The notes under the pieces were generated by a model that saw only the letters and a list, made by a program, of their open reading frames with translations, was not told where the DNA came from and searched no databases. DNA of 61,247 nt, counting the filler. It is 11 parts of 11 records of this genome, joined end to end, with 100 filler letters (N's around TTAATTAATTAA, not from the genome) between each part and the next. Parts side by side here need not be neighbours in the genome. Positions count along the whole stretch, not along the records: positions 1 to 4,680 come from SRR15195285_1927; positions 4,781 to 12,413 come from SRR15195285_1928; 9 more parts are not named here. One strand, 5' to 3'. Within the stretch, counting starts at the first letter, position 1, and every line of letters begins with the position of its first letter. Position numbers and translations under genes: made by a program. This document shows positions 1-9,314 of the stretch, in pieces.

Positions 1-47
1 TGCTTGTGCTTGTGCTTGTGCTTGTGCTGGTGCTGGTGCTGGTGCTG
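1..47. repeat. (TGCTTG/TGCTGG)n microsatellite at the contig start
   Basis: Hexamer repeat read directly from the sequence. Confidence 0.9.
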
Positions 48-2237
48 ATCGCAGCCCTTGTCCCGCCTGAGCAACCACAACAGCAACGGCAGTGCTACTG
101 CCAGCGATGCCAGTGTGGGTGGAGCTCCAGTGCTTGTGTTTTTGCATGGTGGGTCCTTTCAATGGGGTAGTTCAAGCATTTTTGATGGTACTAAGCTGGC
201 TGCAGCCGAAAACATGGTTGTCGTGAGCTTGAACTATCGTTTGGGAGTGTTGGGTATGCTACCCACTCCACCAGTACGCCCCGCCGTGAGAGGAGAGGCG
301 AACTTTGGTCTAATGGATCAACAGATGGCATTGCAGTGGGTGCATCGCTGGGCGCATCGGTTTGGAGGCGATCGATCTCGTGCGTACAACATAGCCACGG
401 TTTCTTCGTTGACTCTCCGACAAATAAAACTAGCGTATCTGAGTAGACACACATAGTTCTACCTGGTTGTGAAAGGTTGATTGATCATATACATCGGATT
501 CACTGTCTCACTTCCAACTGAGTTCGTGTGGCTGGATTGAGCAGGAATCATGCTGATGGGTGAGTCGGCCGGCGCTGTCGCAGTGTTGCTTCATCTCGTA
601 TTACCAGCTTCTGGACCTGGGACGATCTTCCAGTCTGCAGCGGTGCACTCTGCGCCATGTGTTGCTGCACCTCATGAGCTTGAGTGCGTTTCATCACTTG
701 AGAAGGCGCGAAGGACAGTTGCCTCCCCTCTTGCAGCAGCAGCAGGCTGTGACCGCAGTGCTGCGAACGATGCTCTAGACAATATCCACACGCCCGGGCT
801 CGACAATGGCCAGTTGGAGTGTCTGCGTGCGCTCCCCGTGGAGATGATTGTCGACTTGACGAGAGGATTGAGAGGAGCAGCATTTCACCCAGTTTTTGGA
901 GTTGGCTCTGTGCCTACGGATCCAATCGCAACGTTGACAGCTGAGGGTACTCCCGTCCGTCGTATCATCGTTGGGTGGAACAAACATGACGGCACGCAAT
1001 TTGCGCCAGGCTCGTGGGCTGCCGATTCGGAGACGAATGCGACCCACTGCTGCCCAGTGCCCATCGCGCCTGTGTCCGAGGCCGTCTGGACAGAACAGTT
1101 GCAAACAGCGCTCGGGCGGCAGCCAGACCTTGCAGCACCAGGACAACAGTCAGCTGAGATAGAGGCACAGGCGCGCGCTCTTTACAGCGATGATGAAGGT
1201 CACCAGGGCTCTGTTGCAGCTTCAAATGGTGTGGACAGATGGTGGCAGCTGGTTGAATTAATTACAGACATAAGATTTAGCTGCCCAACGCTGCGGATCG
1301 CAGAGATACTGAGTGGCCACTATGCCACCACAAAATGGCCTGCTGTCAACCAGGGGGATGGTGTCCGAGTGTACCAGTTTAACCAGCGCTCACGGTAAGC
1401 ACCTCATAAATTATGCCCTGTTGGTAGGATCTGCTATTTCTGTCGATCGAGATGACATGTCGACGCTGCACCTTGTGGCTTCGCATTTTTTTTTAGAATC
1501 GCCCCATTTTTTATAGAATCCCCGGGCCCTTCTAACAAGGCGCCCCGTCATTTGTGTGTTCGCTCTGCTGGTGGGTCCGTGCGCCATACAGGTACTCGAA
1601 TGCGCCAACGCGTTGGGGTGTGTACCATGCATCTGAGCTGCAATATCTGTTCGGTGTTAGGTACCCATATCTGCTGGGCGCCTCGGACTACACTGTGGCG
1701 GAACGCGTACTAATGCGTGGCGTCCAACAGATGTGGGCTGGGGTCGCTCGAGGTGACACAGACGCAACCACGATGGAGTCACCGACGATTCCATGGCACA
1801 CGGGACAGGACGATACAGACGGCGCACTTGCTTGGCCAGTTTTTAGTGTCGATGAGCCATGGTTGTTGCAGCTCGAAGCTTCGTCAGAAGCTGGCGATCT
1901 CAGCGAAAGACCGTGGGCAGTGGTCGAAGCAAGTGGCAATGGGAGTGCCACGCGGTGCAGCTTTTGGAGGCACGTGGCTGGCTACTATGACCACGACGTT
2001 GCCGGTGTTCCATCTGATGGGCTAAGTGATGGTGGTGAAAATGATGGCATTGCTGTGCAGGTGATAATGCTCGTTGTGTTGCTCGTTTGCTGCGTTGTGG
2101 GCATGTCACACCGTCGGAAGGCCTTGAAGGGTGGGTCGTACGAGACTCTGCAGGCAACTGATACGCAGTCTGACCACAGGCAAGCACCAGCAAGCCCAAG
2201 AAAGCCAGGCGATAAGCTCGACACCGCTTCCCCGTAA
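1..2237 (+). CDS. Type-B carboxylesterase/cholinesterase-like protein with a C-terminal transmembrane helix (5' partial, 3 exons seen)
   Basis: Motifs VLVFLHGGSF, NYRLGVLG, NFGLMDQQMALQWV, GESAG and GVYHASEL. In-phase introns at 380-544 (GTGCGT..GCAG, giving FGGDRSR/IMLMGESAG) and 1395-1591 (GTAAGC..ACAG). Hydrophobic segment IAVQVIMLVVLLVCCVVGM lies near the C-terminus; stop at 2237. Confidence 0.9.
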
Positions 2238-2502
2238 TTGGAGAATGGCATGGCATGGAGAAGGGCATGGTGACAAACCCAGCGGATGATTGAATAGAAG
2301 CCTTTCTGAACTTGCTCGCATGCGCGCTGCACGAACAGTATCCTGATATCCAGTATTGGTAGAGAGTGCTGGTATGAGCAAATGCTGTATTTGATACCAC
2401 GTACAGTTATCCTCACCGGATTCCACGAGTTGCGTTAATCGCATCCCACGAGAGCCGCATTGGTTCTCGATGACACCGTCGCTGATCCTACCGAAACTGT
2501 GG

Positions 2503-4623
2503 CTAAGGTTGTGAGAACCATATCTCCGCCTTTGGCGTGCGCTCTGTTACCTCATCCCAGCCCAAGTGGTCCCAGACTCTGAGTGAATCGGGTTGCTGCG
2601 CTCCGACTATCTGTTCCGCACGATCCGCAAAGTCGTTCAGCTCCACGCATGTCTCGCGAGAACGCGTGTCGTAAGATCTTGCAACAAGATTCATGATCCA
2701 CTTGGGAGGAAAGGCTCTCGGGGTGTCAGCGATCAGGCCTTTTCGGCAGAAGGTGACACCGTCATCGACTCCGTGGAACTCGATAAATTCAAGTGAAGAA
2801 AATTTGTCAGTCCACATCGGGCTTTTGCTGTAGCTCCTCAGTCGGCGCTCGGCTGTATCAATTTGGACAGTCTCAACCCAGCGATAATGGCTCTCGCCTG
2901 CGAAGATGCGCACGGCGGCTGGGAGCTCAAGAGCAAAGTCGTACTCTAGCACCAGAATCGATGATCCAGGCTGTACGGGCTGGATCGGGCGGAGCGTGGC
3001 TGACAGGTCGTCCGCCAGTCCGGTGTGGATACGGTATAGGTATGTCAGCACTAGTCGGTCCCACGGCTGACGGAACACGCAATTGGCTGTCACCTCCGTC
3101 AGCAAGTCGTAGCCAAGCGCCCCATCATACGCGCCTTCCTTCCCCAAGTTCGGAGTCTTGGGACCAGGGGCCAACTCGTCGAGTGTTCGGACTGTGGCTT
3201 GATTGCGCGACTCACCCGCTCTCACCACAACTTCAATGCCTGGCCACGAATCTACAGGGAATTCACTCTTCGGGGTCAGCCAGTCCTCATCCTCCTCATC
3301 CGCCGGCTCGTCTTGCGTGTCTCCAGCAGAGTCTACTTTCAACGCGCGGTCGCTTCGTGAAAAGTTGACGTTGAGGGAGAACTTCTGGGTTGCTGCCTCA
3401 GCGGTGGCAATTAGCGTCAACAGTTCTGTCGGGCCCATTGCTGCGGGTTGGGCCAGAATCTTCTTGGCAGTTGCTGCGTTTGAGGTTGTTTTCCGCGGCA
3501 CGCGCGGGGTCTCGGGCCTGTTTTGCGGCACCCAGCCAGCTGGGGCTGTGTGCCACACTTCGTTCTCGGTTCGGCGCGTCGCAGAACCATTCGGAGATCT
3601 CGCACTTGGCCGGCGGTCGGCGATGGTTTTTGCCGGGCGCCGGGCGCAGAAGCAGCCACTCGCCTTGGCTCTGCGCTGCACTGCCCGCGACGGTGATATC
3701 CGGTCGCCCTCTGAACCTAGAACCGTCACCTTGGTTGGATGTACAACCTCCGGGCTGGGTGTTCTACCTCCAGTCCTAGGGCTGCTCTCGCCGCCGGTCG
3801 CTGTGGCATCTGCAGACCCGCGACCCATGACAGGAGACCCGCGACCCACCCCAGAAGACCCAAGACCCACGGCAGGAGACGGGGACGGCGGGGGGCTTGC
3901 CTCACACATTGGGGCCCCCCAGTGCTTAGGCAGAGAAGGGACTGGCCGCCCGGGCTTTTGCCCCTCACGGTCCATGAGCCGGAGTGCTAGCCGCTCGTGC
4001 TCTTCACGGGACTTCGGGAAGTTTCGGTTCTTCACCCGCCAGAACGTATCCACCGCCCACTTGGGGAGCATTGGCGAATGGATCTCGACCCTGTTGGTTT
4101 TGACCAGGACGCACCCGCCACCCTGCTCGGCCGGCACCTCGCTGTAGACCGACTTCTCCGTGCAGCACCCAATCGTCCCCCAGGATGCCCAGCAGACCAA
4201 CGTCAGCTCCCGCCGCTCCGTGTCCACGTGCCCTCGCTCGATCATCGTCGCCTCCGTCGACCCCGCGATCGCGCGCAGCGCCCACGGGATTGGGATCGTG
4301 ATGTCGAACTGGAAGGCGCCGAGGTCAGTGACCTCCTTCGACCCCAACACGGTCGTCACCGTGGAGTTCGGCAAAAAGTTGTTATTGCGCATCCGCCCGA
4401 AATACGCCTCCACAATCCACTCCCACGGGCACGCGTGCCTGTGGGTGATCCGCCCAGACGAGCACACCTGCCCCTCATCGTCCCAGCGATGCGCGTTCGC
4501 CCTGAACGGCGGGGTGAGGTACGCCTCCAAGGCCGGGGCCGTCTCCGCAAGGGGCGACAAGCCCCTGTCCGTCACCGCCCCCGCCGTTCTCTCCCCGCCT
4601 TGACGCCCTCCAACCTCCGCCAT
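2503..4623 (-). CDS. Protein with two PRELI/MSF1 (START-like) lipid-transfer domains joined by a long Pro/Ser-rich linker
   Basis: Intronless 706-aa ORF from ATG 4623. Two similar modules begin HRHACPWEWIVEAY and NCVFRQPWDRLVLTY; each is followed by I/L-P-x-A-L/V-R and then D-T-x-x-R, resembling the PRELI fold. Confidence 0.65.
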   Translation of the reverse strand: MAEVGGRQGGERTAGAVTDRGLSPLAETAPALEAYLTPPFRANAHRWDDEGQVCSSGRITHRHACPWEWIVEAYFGRMRNNNFLPNSTVTTVLGSKEVTDLGAFQFDITIPIPWALRAIAGSTEATMIERGHVDTERRELTLVCWASWGTIGCCTEKSVYSEVPAEQGGGCVLVKTNRVEIHSPMLPKWAVDTFWRVKNRNFPKSREEHERLALRLMDREGQKPGRPVPSLPKHWGAPMCEASPPPSPSPAVGLGSSGVGRGSPVMGRGSADATATGGESSPRTGGRTPSPEVVHPTKVTVLGSEGDRISPSRAVQRRAKASGCFCARRPAKTIADRRPSARSPNGSATRRTENEVWHTAPAGWVPQNRPETPRVPRKTTSNAATAKKILAQPAAMGPTELLTLIATAEAATQKFSLNVNFSRSDRALKVDSAGDTQDEPADEEDEDWLTPKSEFPVDSWPGIEVVVRAGESRNQATVRTLDELAPGPKTPNLGKEGAYDGALGYDLLTEVTANCVFRQPWDRLVLTYLYRIHTGLADDLSATLRPIQPVQPGSSILVLEYDFALELPAAVRIFAGESHYRWVETVQIDTAERRLRSYSKSPMWTDKFSSLEFIEFHGVDDGVTFCRKGLIADTPRAFPPKWIMNLVARSYDTRSRETCVELNDFADRAEQIVGAQQPDSLRVWDHLGWDEVTERTPKAEIWFSQP

Positions 4624-4680
4624 CCGCACCTCGCCGGAAACCTCCGCACCTCAGCTACACGATGGGCGGTGCCCGCCCCC

Positions 4681-4780
4681 NNNNNNNNNNNNNNNNNNNN
4701 NNNNNNNNNNNNNNNNNNNNNNNNTTAATTAATTAANNNNNNNNNNNNNNNNNNNNNNNNNNNNNNNNNNNNNNNNNNNN
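4681..4780. other. Artificial contig-joining spacer (first of 10)
   Basis: N44-TTAATTAATTAA-N44, giving stops in all six frames. Identical copies at 12414-12513, 16799-16898, 21786-21885, 28398-28497, 34660-34759, 38101-38200, 43712-43811, 50873-50972 and 57636-57735. Confidence 0.99.
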
Positions 4781-5007
4781 GCTGCTGCTGCTGCTGCTGC
4801 TGCTGCGCTGACCAGGGGAACCCGCCCTATCCCTGCTGCGTTGCGTCAGTCAGCGTGGTGCGGCAGGAGTTTGACGCCGCACGCAGTGTACGCTGGACGG
4901 CTCGGCGGCACGACTGTGACGACAGCACTCGCTGTGGCATGCCGGCCGTACTAACTACTATGATAGATATCTAGCTGCTGCTGGCTGGCTGACGTGCTCG
5001 CTGTGCG

Positions 5008-8000
5008 ATGGCGGCGCGAAAGAATATGTTCTTGTCGATGATGCAAGAGAAGGATGCTGGCAGCCGAGGTGCTTCCGGGAGCAACATCTCCGCGTCGGCG
5101 CCTGTGTCTCCGCCCACTGGTTCGGAGTCCGGCTCTGCGCGCTCCCTGCCGGCCATCCGCGGCGCGGAGCCGGCGGACGATGTCGACCCACTGGGAACGA
5201 GCCAGCCCCTACGTACCAGTGCGTACGAGTCGCCATCTTCGCCACCACGTGCGGCGGCGGCACCCGCGTGGGAGGATCAGCGTGCTCCGCCTGCCGGGCG
5301 CTCCCAGCCTGGGATGCGCTACGAGATATACGATCTATCCACCGCCGAGCTGCGAGCTGAGCTAGCGAATTGCCGTCGACAACCTGATGCACCCGCCTGG
5401 CGTGACTGGGCGAGCTGGATTGCGGATGAACTGGACGAGAGGGTGGCGGGCGAGGACATTTTCAGCGCTATCGCGAGCTTGGCCGACGGTTGCGACCCCG
5501 ACGATGGCGCGGGCTGGTGTGACACGGAGACAGCTGTCGGTGGTGGCGCACCGTCGATGTCCACGCAGAGCGCACCAGTCGCGGCAGCGGTCTCCGGTGA
5601 CAGTCCGAAACGACGCACAACACAACGGCAGCAGATGGGCGAGGCAGAAGCACGCCGGCATAGAGCTGCGGAGCTGAACCGTACTTCGGGCGGAGCGCGG
5701 CGCAACGCTCAAAAGAAGAAGACGAAGAAGAAGGCTGCTGCCCCAGCGTGGGCGGGACAGCAGGCAGATGTCCCGCTCCGCTCTGAGGAGAGCGACGATC
5801 AGCAAACTGAAGCACCTCGGACGATTGACCGGACATCGCCGCAACGGCAGTCGCGGCCAAAGGCAGAGGCTCCACAACGGAGGGCACCTGCGAAGGCAAC
5901 GCCAGCCGTGGAGCTGGAGCTGGAGCTTCCAGACGTGCGGGTACAGCAACCGCCATCACGAAACGAGCGGTGTACGCGTGGTCACGTCTCTGATACTCAA
6001 GCTCAGGTCGCTCGCAAGTTGACACATGCGGTAGAGCAGCAGCAGCAGCAGCAAGATTTAGCGGTCGTAGGGACTGAGCCTCGGCATTCGGCTGTGGCAC
6101 CTCACCAGCGGGCTTCCAATGGTATAACCGCAGCATTAGTAGAGCGATCCGCCTCCTTGGATAAACAGATGGAGAACGAGCGGCAGCAGGTATGGCTACA
6201 ACAGCAGGCGGCTGAAGCTGAGGCGGCGCGTCAGGCACTGGTGGCAGAGCAGGAGAGAGATCGAGAACGCGAGAAGCATCAGCGCGAACGCGAACAGGCC
6301 GAAGCGGCCCAGCTGGCCCGGGAACGCGAAGAGGAGCGACTCCGCCAAAAGGCTAAAGAGGAGGCACGAATCGAGGCTGAGTGCCGAGAAAAAGCGAGAA
6401 TCGCAGCTGCCGCAGCAGAGGCTGAGCGGTGCAAAGAGCAGCAGGCTGCTGCGGTGGAAGCGAAAGCGGTTGCAAATGCTCAAGCTAGAGCTGCTGCTGA
6501 GGCTGAGGCCGAGGCGAGACGGCAGCGGGAGGCCGAGGAAGTTGCACAGCTCGAGGAGGAATCAAGACGCCGCATGGAAGAAGCGCGCCAGATCAAGGCA
6601 ACGATGGTGGCAGCGAGGCAGCGGAACGAGGCTGCTGCTGCAACGCCGACGCCTCAGCAAGTGGAGACCAACGAATGTTTTGATGTCCGTCAATCTGCTA
6701 CCACGTGTACGGTTGCGACCGCAGCAGCACTCCGTGGCACAGACGCGGAAGCTGATGTTCCATGCAGACAAGAGACACAGGATGCAGCGGAAGTTGCACA
6801 GCTTGAGGAAGATTCAAAACGCCGCATAGACGAAGCTCGTCAGATTAAGGCAGCGATGGTGGCAGCAAAACAGCGAAAGCAAATGATGGCGGCTGGGAAA
6901 GAGCATCATGCTTTGTCGACAGTGTCTGCTGTGCCCCCGGAGTCACAAACAAAGCTGTACTCACAGCGATCGATGGCATCTGAGCCAGAGCCAGAGCCGG
7001 AGCTGGAGCCAGGGCCAGAGCCAGAGCCGAAATCGCAACTACGGAGTGTGTTCTCACGGCAGAGCGTGGACAAGATGCCGATGCGTCGATCATATGAAAG
7101 TCCACTCCCAACAACGGACGCGGAAGCGAAGAGCTCAGCTGAATTGGAGATACTTGCACTTCGTCAGCGAGCTGCAGATGTCAAAGACCGGCGTGAAGAA
7201 CTTCAAGTGCGGGCGGCAAAACGGCAGGACCAGGCCCGGAAATCGGCGGAACTCGCAAACCCGCGCGCGTTAGGTGGGAGCGAAAGTCCCAACCGATCTG
7301 GTGGAGTTGTGGCGAATGGTCGACGCTCTCGGAACAGCAAATCGGCCCCAGACTTCGTGCTGAACTCTGCTGGTCAAATGGTGAAGCCGTCATCTGCTCA
7401 GGACTCTTGCCGAGGCAGCAGTATTGAACAAGAAGCCAGAACGGTGGTCTCACAGAGTGTGGATAAACCTGCACCCGACAGAGATGACGACGACAAGCCA
7501 GCTCCTCTGCAGGCGCCCAAAAAGTCGAAACCTGCAAGAGCTAGGCGGAGCTCGGCAGCGGTTGTGCCTGCACGGGAGCTCACCGGGTCAGAGAAAATCA
7601 TAGCTCAGCACTACCCTACTCTGGCTCAAATCTTCGGTGCCGCACACATGCACACGTCTGAACCTTTCAATCTGCCGGAGTGCGTATCTGCTGCGCAACA
7701 AGCGATCGAGAAATGGAAAGTTCTGGTAGAGGAATTGGATGGTGTGCATGAGAATCCCCAGCAGTTGTGCTACTGCGTGCAACCAAAAGACCATAAAAAA
7801 GAAACAGACGTGTATGACATTGTGACGGAGAGTGCAGGTCGGCTTGAAGATTGGATTGAGATTCCTTGGGAAAGGAGAGGCAATCATAGCTTCAACCTTC
7901 TATGGTCTTGGTCAAACCCCCACAAGGGCAAGACAGGAGTAGATGCGTCGAAGCTTCTAGTGTGGCAGCGTGTCAACCGATTTCCTGACTCAAAGCCTCT

Positions 8001-9060
8001 GACGCGCAAGGATTCGCTGAAGCGCAACCTGCAGAGATACTCGGCTCTACCTGGTGATCTCGGGGCAGCGTTCAACTGTTTCCCCGAGACGTTCAACTTG
8101 CCGAAGGATTACAAGGATTTCTTGGCCGAGTTCAATCGTGTAGAAGAGGAAGAGGATGGCGCTGAAAACATTTGGATCATGAAACCAGTCGGCTCCAGCC
8201 GTGGGCGGGGAATTTTCCTCGTCTCTGACCTGAACGATGTCACGTACTCAGAAGACATGGTGGTACAGCGATACATCCACAATCCGCTGTTGATCGATGG
8301 CTTCAAGTTCGATCTGCGGCTGTATGTCTGTGTGCTCTCGTTCCAACCTTTAGAGGCCTACGTGCACCATCTTGGTTTCGCTCGCTATTCCTCTGCAGAG
8401 TACACGTGCGACAAACAGAGCTTGGAGAACAACTTCATTCACCTCACAAACTCATCAATCAACAACGCGAAATCGACGAACGCAAAGTCTGGCTCGAAGC
8501 AGAGCTTGGAGGAGCTCTGGGCGGTGCTCGCTGCGAAGGGAATAGAACGTGGGCCGATATGGCACCGCATCTGTGAGGTGATATTGCGCTCACTCTTTTG
8601 CGTCGTGGAGCAAATGGGTCACCACCCAAACTGCTTTGAGCTCTTTGGCTATGACGTATTGATAGATGCAGATCTGAACGCCCATTTGATCGAAGTCAAC
8701 TCCTCTCCAGCGTTAACACGCCAGAATCCACTCGATCACGAGATCAAGGGGACCGTAATTACTGACACTATCCGACTGGTCACGCCGCCTGCGTTCAATC
8801 GCGGCAAGCTGTCTGAGCTGCTGCTGAAGAGCGGTGGCGGAGATGAGCGCGGAGGTCAGAGTGGAAATCGTGTGACATTGAAGCACGACCTCGCCTGCAA
8901 GCTGGATAGCGTGCTTGGCGATGACTATATGGAGAGCGGTCCGCGACTTATGGATCATGCAGGCCCTAGCGAGGAGCGACTAGGGGGATTCGAGCAGATC
9001 GCCCCGTCAAAGACGTACGACGCCATCTGCCGGCCGTTTGGACGCGCCAGGCCACGTTGA
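5008..9060 (+). CDS. Tubulin-tyrosine ligase-like (TTLL) protein, probable tubulin polyglutamylase, with a long disordered and coiled-coil N-terminus
   Basis: 1350-aa ORF. The C-terminal TTL domain has WIMKPVGSSRGRGIFL, VVQRYIHNPLLIDGFKFDLRLYV, HLTNSSIN, FELFGYDVLID and LIEVNSSP. An E/R/A/Q-rich coiled coil lies at about 6150-6900 and an (EP)n tract at about 6982-7030. Confidence 0.93.
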   Translation: MAARKNMFLSMMQEKDAGSRGASGSNISASAPVSPPTGSESGSARSLPAIRGAEPADDVDPLGTSQPLRTSAYESPSSPPRAAAAPAWEDQRAPPAGRSQPGMRYEIYDLSTAELRAELANCRRQPDAPAWRDWASWIADELDERVAGEDIFSAIASLADGCDPDDGAGWCDTETAVGGGAPSMSTQSAPVAAAVSGDSPKRRTTQRQQMGEAEARRHRAAELNRTSGGARRNAQKKKTKKKAAAPAWAGQQADVPLRSEESDDQQTEAPRTIDRTSPQRQSRPKAEAPQRRAPAKATPAVELELELPDVRVQQPPSRNERCTRGHVSDTQAQVARKLTHAVEQQQQQQDLAVVGTEPRHSAVAPHQRASNGITAALVERSASLDKQMENERQQVWLQQQAAEAEAARQALVAEQERDREREKHQREREQAEAAQLAREREEERLRQKAKEEARIEAECREKARIAAAAAEAERCKEQQAAAVEAKAVANAQARAAAEAEAEARRQREAEEVAQLEEESRRRMEEARQIKATMVAARQRNEAAAATPTPQQVETNECFDVRQSATTCTVATAAALRGTDAEADVPCRQETQDAAEVAQLEEDSKRRIDEARQIKAAMVAAKQRKQMMAAGKEHHALSTVSAVPPESQTKLYSQRSMASEPEPEPELEPGPEPEPKSQLRSVFSRQSVDKMPMRRSYESPLPTTDAEAKSSAELEILALRQRAADVKDRREELQVRAAKRQDQARKSAELANPRALGGSESPNRSGGVVANGRRSRNSKSAPDFVLNSAGQMVKPSSAQDSCRGSSIEQEARTVVSQSVDKPAPDRDDDDKPAPLQAPKKSKPARARRSSAAVVPARELTGSEKIIAQHYPTLAQIFGAAHMHTSEPFNLPECVSAAQQAIEKWKVLVEELDGVHENPQQLCYCVQPKDHKKETDVYDIVTESAGRLEDWIEIPWERRGNHSFNLLWSWSNPHKGKTGVDASKLLVWQRVNRFPDSKPLTRKDSLKRNLQRYSALPGDLGAAFNCFPETFNLPKDYKDFLAEFNRVEEEEDGAENIWIMKPVGSSRGRGIFLVSDLNDVTYSEDMVVQRYIHNPLLIDGFKFDLRLYVCVLSFQPLEAYVHHLGFARYSSAEYTCDKQSLENNFIHLTNSSINNAKSTNAKSGSKQSLEELWAVLAAKGIERGPIWHRICEVILRSLFCVVEQMGHHPNCFELFGYDVLIDADLNAHLIEVNSSPALTRQNPLDHEIKGTVITDTIRLVTPPAFNRGKLSELLLKSGGGDERGGQSGNRVTLKHDLACKLDSVLGDDYMESGPRLMDHAGPSEERLGGFEQIAPSKTYDAICRPFGRARPR

Positions 9061-9314
9061 TGCACGATTGTTCCATTACTGCGCACCTGCATTCTTCGTA
9101 TGGTCTCAAGTTGGAGCTTTGGAATTGAGGCAGCGCGCAAAGGTCAGCCACGCCCATGCAGGGCGAGTGCTAGATAGTGCCCGAGAGATACAAAAACACG
9201 TTGCCATATCAATTCATATGAACAATACATATCGTCTGGGAATTGCACAGCGAAGTGTCTCATTTCTCCCACGCCGCCACTGCGTTCCACTCAGGTCAGG
9301 CAGGTCGGGTCAGG

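Noticed and set aside
3203-4728. Long antisense ORFs (3203-4147, 3997-4728; likewise 15609-16532, 53318-54241 and 56076-57047)
   Set aside because: They look like shadow frames of GC-rich sequence and contain no motifs of their own.
4781-4805. Microsatellites at contig ends ((GCT)n, GAGA/GACA repeats, (CAG)n, (GAGCCA)n, (GCCAGGCA)n)
   Set aside because: These are ordinary simple repeats that explain the assembly breaks, not telomeres or arrays.
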